Part shown: positions 1-8,438 of the stretch, piece by piece
Layout: each line of letters starts with the position of its first letter
Numbering within the stretch: position 1 is the stretch's first letter
Origin: a marine bacterium AO1-C
Lineage (GTDB): Bacteria > Bacteroidota > Bacteroidia > Cytophagales > Microscillaceae
Direction: 5' to 3'
Assembly (NCBI GenBank): GCA_001890965.1
Contig: MLAY01000008.1
Coordinates: 360,341-424,340 of the forward strand
Length of the DNA stretch: 64,000 nucleotides
Position numbers and translations under genes: made by a program
Notes under the pieces: model-generated
The model's input: only the letters and a program-made list of their open reading frames with translations
Database searches by the model: none
Told to the model about the DNA's origin: nothing

Positions 1-2
1 GG

Positions 3-173
3 CAAACCAAAGATGGAAAAGAAAAATTACTGTATCTCAAAAAACATAAAATCACCACTCCAGTCTCCAAACTACGCATCAAGATAAAACAACGCCCCAT
101 TAAAGCAGGTATTGATCCATTGAATATTTTGATGGATAAAAATGTGGAGAATAATGTGATAGGGCTAGAGTAA
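3..173 (+). CDS. possible 3' end of an upstream gene (frame 3: ...KLRIKIKQRPIKAGIDPLNILMDKNVENNVIGLE*)
   Basis: Open frame from the window edge to TAA at 171-173; no recognisable domain in the fragment; followed by a hairpin at 232-276. Confidence 0.2.
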   Translation, partial: QTKDGKEKLLYLKKHKITTPVSKLRIKIKQRPIKAGIDPLNILMDKNVENNVIGLE

Positions 174-231
174 GAACACCAAGTAACACGGTTATCTACT
201 TTTTGAATTATATGGTTCAATTGTTCAACTA

Positions 232-276
232 CTTTATGGTTTCGCAAAGACTGGCGGAACCATAAAGTCTTTTGAT
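232..276 (+). terminator. hairpin (10-bp perfect stem ctttatggtt/aaccataaag) followed by a T-rich tract
   Basis: Inverted repeat read directly; tcttttgat follows the 3' arm. Confidence 0.3.
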
Positions 277-590
277 TATACAATCGACTAAAAAACAATC
301 AGTTGGCTAAAAAACTACATCTTCTCTTGGTATAATATTCAGAAAAAACCCTTCTGATGAATTTTGAAGCACATTTGTGAAATTTTTCTCAATAATGATT
401 TTCGGGGGACCACTCTCTAAAAACACGTTATGATTTGATTAACAAGCGGTTAAATCGAAAAAAATAATCCATGTTTTTTATTTGATTAATAATTTTCTAT
501 ATATTTAAAGCTGAAATATGTTGAATATGAAGGCTTTAGCCCTCTTTAACTAAGATTATTCGCAATTCGCAAAACCTAAAATAAAATATC

Positions 591-1538
591 ATGGCAGAAG
601 ATTTAGATTTTGACATTGACGACAAGGACGAACCAAGAGGTGGTTTGAACGGTCAGACACTTGCTATTGTCGGTCTAGCTTTAGCTCTAGTGGTAAGTAT
701 CATCTTTGCTTATCGCTTCTACAGCAGCAACAAAAAGTTTAAAGCCGTTGACAAAGAACAAAAACAAGCAGTAGACAGCCTCAAAGGGTTGAGCTCTAGC
801 TTGAAAGATTCGGTAGCTAGCAAAACTACCGAGAACGAAGAACTTGTAAAGCGTAAATTTGAGTTGGAAGACAAACTCAATGCCGCTGAAGATCAGCGTG
901 ATTCAGTACAAAAGTTATTGAACAACTCTCGTTACCGTGAGCGTCGCTATCGTTTAGAAGCTGCTCGCCTGAAAAAATTATTAGAAGACTCTGAAGACAA
1001 AGTAGATTCATTGCAAAAAGCGTATGATGAAATCGCTGCTGGTAGTGGTTCTACATTGGCTGAGTATCGCAAGCAAATTGAGCAATTGACTACCGAGCGT
1101 AACAGCCTGGCCAGTCAAAACCAAAGCTTGCAAGCTGAAATCAGTAAATTAAAGGATGATAACAAAAATCCTTTGTTTGCTGAAAGCTTAAGAGTAATAC
1201 CTGGTGAAATTCAAAGAGGTCGTTTTAGCCCTTCTACCCGAGCACGTCGTACTGACCGCCTACAGGTACAGTTCAAACTAACCCGTGCATCGTCACCAGA
1301 AGAAAATATTGTCATTAAGTTGTTTGATGCTACCAATAAGGAGATTCCACTGAAGCCTTCTTATCGTAACAACATTGGTAAGCCAACGCCTACCAACCAA
1401 CAATTCATTGTAGAACCAGATGTAGATGCTAAACGCAAGTTTTCTCGTGGCAACTACTCTATCCGTATGTTCTTAACCAATGTAAACCAAGGCATCAATA
1501 ACCAAAGCATTGGAATTGCTGAGTTTTCTTTGCGTTAA
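591..1538 (+). CDS. membrane-anchored coiled-coil protein, paralog 1 of a tandem family; novel ~110-aa C-terminal domain
   Basis: Acidic N-terminus, one TM (LAIVGLALALVVSIIFAYRFY), long heptad-like coiled coil (LDSVQKLLNNSRYRERRYRLEAARLKKLLE...), C-terminal domain with motifs RGRFSPSTRARRTDR / FSRGNYSIRMFL / IGIAEFSLR shared with the next three genes. Confidence 0.7.
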   Translation: MAEDLDFDIDDKDEPRGGLNGQTLAIVGLALALVVSIIFAYRFYSSNKKFKAVDKEQKQAVDSLKGLSSSLKDSVASKTTENEELVKRKFELEDKLNAAEDQRDSVQKLLNNSRYRERRYRLEAARLKKLLEDSEDKVDSLQKAYDEIAAGSGSTLAEYRKQIEQLTTERNSLASQNQSLQAEISKLKDDNKNPLFAESLRVIPGEIQRGRFSPSTRARRTDRLQVQFKLTRASSPEENIVIKLFDATNKEIPLKPSYRNNIGKPTPTNQQFIVEPDVDAKRKFSRGNYSIRMFLTNVNQGINNQSIGIAEFSLR

Positions 1539-1586
1539 AACTAACCTTTATCGCTCTTGACGTAAGAAAATCTCCACATGATATTG

Positions 1587-1626
1587 CCCATAGAAGTGTG
1601 ACACCCACTTCTATGGGCTTTTTTTG
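1587..1626 (+). terminator. rho-independent terminator (12-bp perfect stem cccatagaagtg/cacttctatggg, 7-nt loop, T8 run)
   Basis: Read directly; 49 bp downstream of paralog 1 stop. Confidence 0.6.
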
Positions 1627-1656
1627 TATTTTTGCAGTGTATCAAACTTATTGTTT

Positions 1657-2514
1657 ATGAAGCATTTATTATTCACTTTGTGGCTATGTAGTACCATTAT
1701 TTGTATTTCAAGTCCCGCGAAGTCGCAAAACAATCCCACATCAAAGAAAAACGATAGCTTAAAAAGCCTACTCTCCTCCTATCAAGATTCTTTAGCATTT
1801 TATAAGTTAGGGGATAAAATGCTCAGAGAAACCAAGCTAAAGCTTGAAGACAAACTTTGGGCAACAGAAAACCAACTTGACTCGGTACAAAAACTATTGA
1901 ATAACGCTCGCTATCGAGAACGTCGTTATCGTACAGAAGCTGCTCGCTTGAAAAATCTACTGGAAGGCTTTGAAAGTAAGGTTGATTCACTACAAAAAGC
2001 ATATGACGAGATTGCCGTGAGCAGTGGAGCTACCCTGGCTGAGTATCGCAAGCAAATAGAACAACTAACTACTGAGCGTAATAATTTGGCCAATAAGGTT
2101 CAGCATTCGTCAAAGCAATCAGTAAAACCAGCAAAAGAAAATGGAATGGCTTTGTTTGCAGTAAACATTCAGGCTACTTCTGGTAAGATATATCAAGGTC
2201 GTTTTAAAACTATTACCCGAGCACTCCTGGCAGATAGGATCAGGGTAATATTCACGCTTACTCGTGCACCATCTTCCAATGAAAAAATTGTAATCAAGCT
2301 ATTTGATAGTAGCAATCAGGAGATAGCTTTGATAAATGATTACCAAAATAAATCAGGAAGCCTCACTGCTACCCAACAGTTGATTATCAAACCTGCTATT
2401 GATGCTCCACAAAAGTTTTCCAGAGGCAACTATTCTATCCGCCTCTTTCTAAGCAATACCAAGCAAGGCATTCAAAATCAGCCGATTGGCATTGGAGAAT
2501 TTTCTTTACATTAA
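1657..2514 (+). CDS. secreted/anchored coiled-coil protein, paralog 2 of tandem family
   Basis: Signal-peptide-like MKHLLFTLWLCSTIICISSPAKSQ (alternative start 1624); coiled coil nearly identical in protein to paralog 1 (LDSVQKLLNNARYRERRYRTEAARLKNLLE...TLAEYRKQIEQLTTERN); same C-terminal domain (FSRGNYSIRLFL...IGIGEFSLH). Confidence 0.7.
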   Translation: MKHLLFTLWLCSTIICISSPAKSQNNPTSKKNDSLKSLLSSYQDSLAFYKLGDKMLRETKLKLEDKLWATENQLDSVQKLLNNARYRERRYRTEAARLKNLLEGFESKVDSLQKAYDEIAVSSGATLAEYRKQIEQLTTERNNLANKVQHSSKQSVKPAKENGMALFAVNIQATSGKIYQGRFKTITRALLADRIRVIFTLTRAPSSNEKIVIKLFDSSNQEIALINDYQNKSGSLTATQQLIIKPAIDAPQKFSRGNYSIRLFLSNTKQGIQNQPIGIGEFSLH

Positions 2515-2584
2515 ACTAATGAAGAGAAACTCTTAAAAATTCCTGTGTACTTTTTATTTAAAATACAACTAACAACTATTCATA

Positions 2585-3406
2585 ATGAAAGGCATCTATC
2601 ACTTGTGGTTTAGTCTGGTAACATTGCTCACATTTCAGGCCTGTACTTCCACTAAAAACATTGCTAAAAAGCCCCAAAAACAAACCCCTAAAGCTTTTTA
2701 TGAAAACATTCCTGTATCCAGTACCAAAACTTATGATCCAACTTATTTTTTGAAGGATATGCCATCTGAATTAATACTTGATCCCCCTAATATCAATCCA
2801 ACTAACCCTATTGAAGCAATTCAGAGTTATCGTCTGAGAGCACAACAATTGCGAAACCTGCTGGACAGTTCGTTGAACGTAGTAGATTCTCTGGAAAAGA
2901 GCTTTGAAGCAATTAGCAAACTAAAGCCTACCTCTCAAGACGAAAATCAAAAAGTAATCAAGGCATTAAAAAACGAACTTGCGGATTTAAAAGGCGAAAA
3001 CCTCATGCTTTCTTTTAAGGTTTCCAAGGCTCAGAGAGCGCATCAAAACGCTTTATTTGCCCTTCAGATGCAGGCTACTCCTGGTAGAATAAAAAGAGAA
3101 AAATATTTTAGTGCTGCTATCAGAGCCAGGAACGTCTCTATGGTAAAGGTCAATATATACCTTACCCGCGCTCTGGAGCCAACTGATGAGGTAGTAATTA
3201 AGTTGATGGATGAAGCCAACAATGAGATCCCCCTACAATCTATCAAGGGTTCTTTTAATCAACCCAATATGCAATTAATGCTCACGCCTGATGCCAATCA
3301 AAGAACCTTTTTTAAGGGAAAATATACCATCTACCTTATTCTCAACAACTCAAAACAAAAAATTCAGGAGCAAACCATTGGTATGACAACTTTTACGTTG
3401 AAATAA
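2585..3406 (+). CDS. lipoprotein, paralog 3 of tandem family
   Basis: Lipobox-like LLTFQAC; shorter coiled coil; C-terminal domain alignable to paralogs 1, 2 and 4 (…KGKYTIYLILNNSKQKIQEQTIGMTTFTLK). Confidence 0.65.
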   Translation: MKGIYHLWFSLVTLLTFQACTSTKNIAKKPQKQTPKAFYENIPVSSTKTYDPTYFLKDMPSELILDPPNINPTNPIEAIQSYRLRAQQLRNLLDSSLNVVDSLEKSFEAISKLKPTSQDENQKVIKALKNELADLKGENLMLSFKVSKAQRAHQNALFALQMQATPGRIKREKYFSAAIRARNVSMVKVNIYLTRALEPTDEVVIKLMDEANNEIPLQSIKGSFNQPNMQLMLTPDANQRTFFKGKYTIYLILNNSKQKIQEQTIGMTTFTLK

Positions 3407-3511
3407 AGGCTGTTAGATTAGCAATCATAGGTATGGTTTAGCTAGTCAAATGTCTAAATATGGCATTAGAACCTTCATCGTTTTTAAGATAGAAAATTCA
3501 CCCAGGACATT

Positions 3512-3553
3512 GCCTATAAAAGGACACGATCTACTTTTATGGGCTTTTTTTTG
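3512..3553 (+). terminator. terminator-like hairpin (11-bp stem gcctataaaag/cttttatgggc incl. one G-U) + T8
   Basis: Read directly; its 3' arm onward repeats the motif tatgggcttttttt-gtatttttg-N-ggtgt-N-tcaaacttat also found at 1610-1648. Confidence 0.45.
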
Positions 3554-3584
3554 TATTTTTGAGGTGTGTCAAACTTATGAATAA

Positions 3585-3628
3585 ATGAAAACCTTCATGT
3601 GGGTATTGGGGAGTTTTCTTTACGTTAA
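3585..3628 (+). pseudogene. relic of a fifth family paralog (start region fused out-of-frame to last ~9 codons ...VGIGEFSLR*)
   Basis: atgaaaacc... start-like segment preceded by the same conserved upstream motif as paralog 2; 3' part gtgggtattggggagttttctttacgttaa translates in another frame to VGIGEFSLR*, matching the C-termini of paralogs 1 and 2. Confidence 0.45.
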
Positions 3629-3641
3629 AATTTAATAAATT

Positions 3642-4244
3642 ATGAAAGATAATAAGTGGTCAATTGTTATAATATCATTGATGCTCCTAATCACTGTTTT
3701 ATATTTTGTAGATCAGTCTTTAGAAAAACAGTCAGACTCAAGTCTACCTCCCCCTCGTAAAGTAATTACATATAAAGACTACCTGCGAGATGTAAAAATT
3801 CCACAACTCTATGAAAAAATTGCACAACACAAAAAAGAAATGCTTCGTTTTGCCAAGCTCAAACAAAAATATCCTGATTCCTTATTTTTGATAAACCTAG
3901 AAGTAGTGCCTGGCGAACTACGTCGTGATCAATTTAGTCCTTCGACTAGAGCCCGCAGAAGTGATCGAGCAAAAATAACAGGTATTCTGAGCAGAAGGTT
4001 AAGCGCTAAAGAAAAGCTCAAAGTTGTATTAACCTGTAATAGCAAGGACGCAAAAAATGAGCAAATAAATTTAATTCAAGAAACCTTTAGAATCTCAGAT
4101 TTAGAGATTGATCTCTTTATCTTCCCAAAAACCAATACACTTCGAAAGTTTATTAGAGGCACATATAATCTACAAATTTGGCGTATCAATACCCAATCAA
4201 ACAACAAGGTATTATGGGCTAATACACAGTTCGAATTAAGATGA
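3642..4244 (+). CDS. membrane-anchored paralog 4 (no coiled coil) of tandem family
   Basis: N-terminal TM (WSIVIISLMLLITVLYFV); C-terminal domain with VVPGELRRDQFSPSTRARRSDR and ...FIRGTYNLQIWRIN...TQFELR matching paralog 1. Confidence 0.65.
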   Translation: MKDNKWSIVIISLMLLITVLYFVDQSLEKQSDSSLPPPRKVITYKDYLRDVKIPQLYEKIAQHKKEMLRFAKLKQKYPDSLFLINLEVVPGELRRDQFSPSTRARRSDRAKITGILSRRLSAKEKLKVVLTCNSKDAKNEQINLIQETFRISDLEIDLFIFPKTNTLRKFIRGTYNLQIWRINTQSNNKVLWANTQFELR

Positions 4245-4436
4245 TACCTCACAATGGGTTACCTACTTGCCTTTGGCGGATTAATTCTTAACATTTGCAA
4301 AAATTTATCACATTGTTTAGAGATGAAGCTTTGATTTAAACGAAAAAAACTTGTTTTTTGTAGCTAATTCTTTATATTGTTTAAGTGTGTAACTATACTA
4401 CACACATTTATTTTTTAACTAAACCGAAGAAGTACT

Positions 4437-5165
4437 ATTAGCAGACAACCCAGAAGAAGAGGACCTCGTGGAAGGCGAGAAGACCCTCACAAGATCAATG
4501 AGCGCATTAAAGCCCAGGAAATACGATTGGTGGGCGACAATGTAGAACAGGGCATTTATCCTACTCGTAAGGCGTTGGAAATGGCCCGGGAACAGAGTTT
4601 AGATTTGGTAGAAATTTCTCCAAATGCTACTCCTCCTGTATGCAAAATCATTGACTATTCTAAATTTCGTTACGACCAAAAGAAAAAGCAAAAGGAACTT
4701 AAAGCCAAAGCTCAGAAGGTAGTAATGAAGGAAATCCGTTTCGGTCCTAATACCGACGATCACGACTTTAATTTCAAGCTTAACCACGCCAAAAACTTTT
4801 TGGAAGGTGGCGCTAAGCTTAAGGCTTATGTACACTTTGTAGGTCGTACAATTGTTTTTAAAGAACGTGGAGAACAACTTTTATTAAAGTTTGCCCTGGA
4901 ACTGGAGGAATATGGCAAGGTAGAACAAATGCCTAGACTTGAAGGTAAGCGAATGACTCTTTTTATAGCACCAAAAGTTACCAAAAAAGCTATTAAACCT
5001 AAAAAAGATGATCAAGACACTACCAACAAGAGAAAAAACCGTGGTAACAAAAATCAAAAATCAGAGGAAGAAACTAAAGCAGAAACTGACACAGACACTA
5101 AAGTCGAACCTACTGATAAAGCCACCAACGACCAAGAGGCAACCCAAACCGAAGAAAAGAGTTAA
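4437..5165 (+). CDS. infC: translation initiation factor IF-3
   Basis: …[68 protein letters not shown]… is canonical IF-3. The homologous N-terminus extends upstream of the TTG at 4527 to an in-frame ATT at 4437 (TAA at 4416); infC classically uses an AUU start. Lys/Glu/Thr-rich C-terminal extension. Confidence 0.85.
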   Translation: MSRQPRRRGPRGRREDPHKINERIKAQEIRLVGDNVEQGIYPTRKALEMAREQSLDLVEISPNATPPVCKIIDYSKFRYDQKKKQKELKAKAQKVVMKEIRFGPNTDDHDFNFKLNHAKNFLEGGAKLKAYVHFVGRTIVFKERGEQLLLKFALELEEYGKVEQMPRLEGKRMTLFIAPKVTKKAIKPKKDDQDTTNKRKNRGNKNQKSEEETKAETDTDTKVEPTDKATNDQEATQTEEKS

Positions 5166-5183
5166 TCTTTTAGATATCTACCT

Positions 5184-5242
5184 AACAACCTGATTTCACC
5201 TGTAGCTTTTAAGATACAAAATTGATCAGGTTGTTATTTTTG
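5184..5242 (+). terminator. hairpin (11-bp perfect stem aacaacctgat/atcaggttgtt, ~30-nt loop) + T-run; possible attenuator/terminator between infC and rpmI
   Basis: Read directly. Confidence 0.3.
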
Positions 5243-5406
5243 TTTGATATAATGGCCTGGCGAGCTATTGTATCAATCATGGGGTAGTCATACATCTCTC
5301 ACATAAAATGCGCTAATCACTCGATTTCCCTATTTTTTTTCTTATCTTTGCGTGCTCAAATCTAAAGCCATTTAAGCGCTAAATCGCTTACTTAAATTGT
5401 TGGATC

Positions 5407-5598
5407 ATGAAGGTTAAGAAAAATTCAAGCGCAAAAAAACGCTTTAAGCTTACAGGTACTGGCAAAATCAAAAGAAAAAAAGCCTATAAGAGACACATTC
5501 TTACCAAAAAAGGCACTAAACAAAAGAGACGTTTGGGTCAAACTGGTTTAGTAACTAAAGCCGATGAAAAATTGGTAAAGCAAATGTTGAATCTTTAA
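5407..5598 (+). CDS. rpmI: 50S ribosomal protein L35
   Basis: [35 protein letters not shown]… is typical L35; candidate Bacteroidetes -7 box TATCTTTG at 5343-5350. Confidence 0.9.
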   Translation: MKVKKNSSAKKRFKLTGTGKIKRKKAYKRHILTKKGTKQKRRLGQTGLVTKADEKLVKQMLNL

Positions 5599-5705
5599 CA
5601 CTTGTCCGCTTTAAAACTTTTTTTATTTCACCTGATGTCTGGCCTAAAGTATTACCTTGTTTTTTAGAAACAAGAAAATCGCCAGTTGTCGTAAATATTA
5701 ATTAA

Positions 5706-6050
5706 ATGCCACGTTCAGTAAATGTAGTTGCAGCTCGTCGCCGAAGAAAAAAGATGATGAAAGAGGCCAGAGGTTACTTTGGTCGTCGTAAAAATGTATG
5801 GACGGTTGCAAAAAACGCCATAGAAAAAGGAAGACAATATGCGTATCGTGACCGTAAGGTTAAGAAGCGTAATTTCCGCTCTCTATGGATCCAGCGTATC
5901 AACGCAGGAGCTCGTTTGCACGGGTTGTCTTACTCTCAGTTTATGGGAAAATTGCACGCTGCTAATATTGATTTAAACCGAAAAGTATTGGCTGACTTAG
6001 CTATGAATCACCCAGAAGCTTTCAAAGCAGTGGTTGATAAAGTAAAATAG
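5706..6050 (+). CDS. rplT: 50S ribosomal protein L20
   Basis: [30 protein letters not shown]…; classical infC-rpmI-rplT order. Confidence 0.9.
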   Translation: MPRSVNVVAARRRRKKMMKEARGYFGRRKNVWTVAKNAIEKGRQYAYRDRKVKKRNFRSLWIQRINAGARLHGLSYSQFMGKLHAANIDLNRKVLADLAMNHPEAFKAVVDKVK

Positions 6051-6075
6051 CTTTTATTAGTGCATTCAAAATACA

Positions 6076-6110
6076 AGGCTGGAAGTTATAAAACTTTCAG
6101 CCTTTTTTAT
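6076..6110. terminator. bidirectional terminator hairpin between convergent rplT and protease genes
   Basis: aggctggaag/ctttcagcct stem followed by tttttatttttag. Confidence 0.5.
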
Positions 6111-6144
6111 TTTTAGATAATGAAATCGTCGCGCCCTCAAGCTT

Positions 6145-7338
6145 TTAAATCATTGCCCTTAGTTTAATCTGCACCAACTTTACCCGGCCTTTGCGCTTGA
6201 TCTTTAAGGTTACCTCACGATTGGGTATTCCCAGTTGTTTTTTGATCCAGCGTAAATCTTTACTTGTCACCCGCTTACCTTGCACTTCTAAAACATGGTC
6301 TCCCTTTTTTAGCCCAGCCTGTTGAGCAGGTGCACCTGCGATCACCTGGTGAACTTCTAATTGCTGAAAGTTATCAGTAAAGCCGAATAAAATACCTGCA
6401 CAGTTTCTCTCAAAAGCTCTTTGATACGCTTGGTTGGGCTCCCAATACGCACGTCGAGTCTTGTAATTGAAGGTAATATTGAAACGTTTGAGAATACGAT
6501 TGCCCAAAATTCCCCCATTCCGATAAGTCCCCAGTACTCCTCGTCGGGTATTACTAATCGAAACAGGAATGTCTTGAAAAGCATAACCTCCTAAGGTTAA
6601 CTCTGGTAATTTGGCAGCTTCCAGGTACGTCTTGTTAGTAGTAGCTCCCGAAGTATAAAAACGGTATTTCTTATCAAATTTTTTAGCCAATTGGTGAGTC
6701 TTGCTAAAACTGGTAGTGAACCCAACACAGGCACCAGCACCTGTATCTATCAAAAAATCATCCGTGTGTTTTTCACCGTTGGGGAGCTTTATCGTCAGAG
6801 GGCACATAGCCAGCCTTCCCATCATTTTTAACCGCATTCGTTTACCTTTTCCTGCATACTTAAATCCTTCGAAATTAAAGAAACGTAAGAGCTTCTGGTC
6901 ATAATCAATTTGGATAACATAGCGTATCAACAAATCAGCCCCAATAATTCCATCAATCCTCTTCCCCAGTTTATGCTCCAGATGTTTCATTGGAAAGCCA
7001 ATTGCATTGGCTCGCAGCTTAATTTTTCCTACTGATAACCGTAAGCTTGAATAACGAGGTGCTGTGACCATCCCTCCTACTCCGCGAGCACTTAATACTC
7101 CAGTAGATTGAATGTTCAAATCTTTGGCCGTGTTGGGGTTTAGCACTGCCATACCAGCTCCTGTATCAAAAACAAAATTCAGGGGGCGAGAATCATTGAC
7201 TTTCACCTGGAAAAACATGTGTTGATGCTCCATTTCGAAAGGAACCTCAACAATGGGTTGAGAGGCAGCTAACAAGTAGCCTTTGAGAAATGCCACTGAG
7301 CTTATCAGTAATAGCGAAAGGGAAATAAATTTTTTCAT
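6145..7338 (-). CDS. secreted retropepsin-like aspartyl protease with C-terminal PDZ domain
   Basis: Signal peptide; two D-T-G-A motifs (FVFDTGAGMAVLN, FLIDTGAGACVGF) giving a pseudo-dimeric aspartic protease; C-terminal PDZ-like segment (AGAPAQQAGLKKGDHVLEVQGKRV). Confidence 0.65.
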   Translation of the reverse strand: MKKFISLSLLLISSVAFLKGYLLAASQPIVEVPFEMEHQHMFFQVKVNDSRPLNFVFDTGAGMAVLNPNTAKDLNIQSTGVLSARGVGGMVTAPRYSSLRLSVGKIKLRANAIGFPMKHLEHKLGKRIDGIIGADLLIRYVIQIDYDQKLLRFFNFEGFKYAGKGKRMRLKMMGRLAMCPLTIKLPNGEKHTDDFLIDTGAGACVGFTTSFSKTHQLAKKFDKKYRFYTSGATTNKTYLEAAKLPELTLGGYAFQDIPVSISNTRRGVLGTYRNGGILGNRILKRFNITFNYKTRRAYWEPNQAYQRAFERNCAGILFGFTDNFQQLEVHQVIAGAPAQQAGLKKGDHVLEVQGKRVTSKDLRWIKKQLGIPNREVTLKIKRKGRVKLVQIKLRAMI

Positions 7339-7511
7339 GAGGTTATATGATTAATGGCTTTATAGTATAGACTGGATTATTGATCCAAAAAGTTGTTAAA
7401 ACATAAAAAACTTACGAACCCGTTTCTTGCGAACTTTAGCCCTAACATTTCCTTTGTGTCATAAGTTGGTTATTTTGGCTCATAAATTTTGTAAGTAATT
7501 CAACACAATCA

Positions 7512-8402
7512 ATGACTATCAAAATACCTACCCCTCCCCTATTTAGTTTTCAAGAATGTTTATGGTTTCTAGATCGTAACTATGACGATTGCCTCCATGT
7601 AGTCACGCCCAATTCGGTATTGAAGGCCATCGAGCTACAGGGACAAATGGTATTGTTTGAGGTAAAAGAGGAAGAAGATCATTTGCAGATAGAAGTTCTC
7701 AAAGGCCATATAACTGATGAGTACCAATTGGCTCACTATTATATCAAAGATTGGTTCGATGTAGATCGTGACCTACGCCCTTTTTATGATGCCTTGAGTC
7801 AAGATGATGATTTTGCCTTTATGCAAACCAAGTATAACGGTTTACGACTGATGGGTATTGAGAATTTATTTGAGACACTGGGCTGGACTATTATTGGGCA
7901 GCAAATTAACCTCAAGTTTGCTTATACCCTCAAGCGAAGCTTGGTAGAACACTGGGGTAAAAAACTTACGCATCAAGGACAAGCCTATTACATATTTCCT
8001 GAACCGGCCACTATTGCGGCCTTAAAGGTAGAAGATTTAAGAGCACTAAAATTTACAACTCGTAAAGCCGAATATTTAATTGGGGTAGCTCAGCTTTTTG
8101 CTCAAAATCAATTGAGTAAAAGTGGACTTTTGGCTTTGGCAAGCGAAGAAAAAATACTAGCTGAGTTGCTTAAGATCAGAGGCATTGGCAAATGGACGGC
8201 CCATTACGCAATGATGAAATGCCTGCGAACTGCCAATAATATTCCTTATGGAGATACTGGACTCTATACTGCTTTGAATAATCTCAAAAATCTGGGAAAG
8301 CGAGCAACCATAGAAGAAATAGACGCAGTGTACGCCTCATTTGAGGGTTGGAAATCTTATTTGACCATTTATTTGTGGCGAACGTTGAGTGATCAAAAAT
8401 AG
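7512..8402 (+). CDS. DNA-3-methyladenine glycosylase II (AlkA-like, HhH-GPD superfamily)
   Basis: HhH-GPD signature LLKIRGIGKWTAHYAMMKCLRTANNIPYGDTGL. Confidence 0.7.
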   Translation: MTIKIPTPPLFSFQECLWFLDRNYDDCLHVVTPNSVLKAIELQGQMVLFEVKEEEDHLQIEVLKGHITDEYQLAHYYIKDWFDVDRDLRPFYDALSQDDDFAFMQTKYNGLRLMGIENLFETLGWTIIGQQINLKFAYTLKRSLVEHWGKKLTHQGQAYYIFPEPATIAALKVEDLRALKFTTRKAEYLIGVAQLFAQNQLSKSGLLALASEEKILAELLKIRGIGKWTAHYAMMKCLRTANNIPYGDTGLYTALNNLKNLGKRATIEEIDAVYASFEGWKSYLTIYLWRTLSDQK

Positions 8403-8438
8403 AATCAAGGTTGAATCATTTCCAACCTTGATCTTTGG

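Noticed and set aside
5343-5350. TATCTTTG as a Bacteroidetes-type -7 promoter box upstream of rpmI
   Set aside because: It matches the TAnnTTTG consensus, but I could not find a convincing -33 TTG partner at the right spacing, and rpmI is normally co-transcribed with infC; noted in evidence only.
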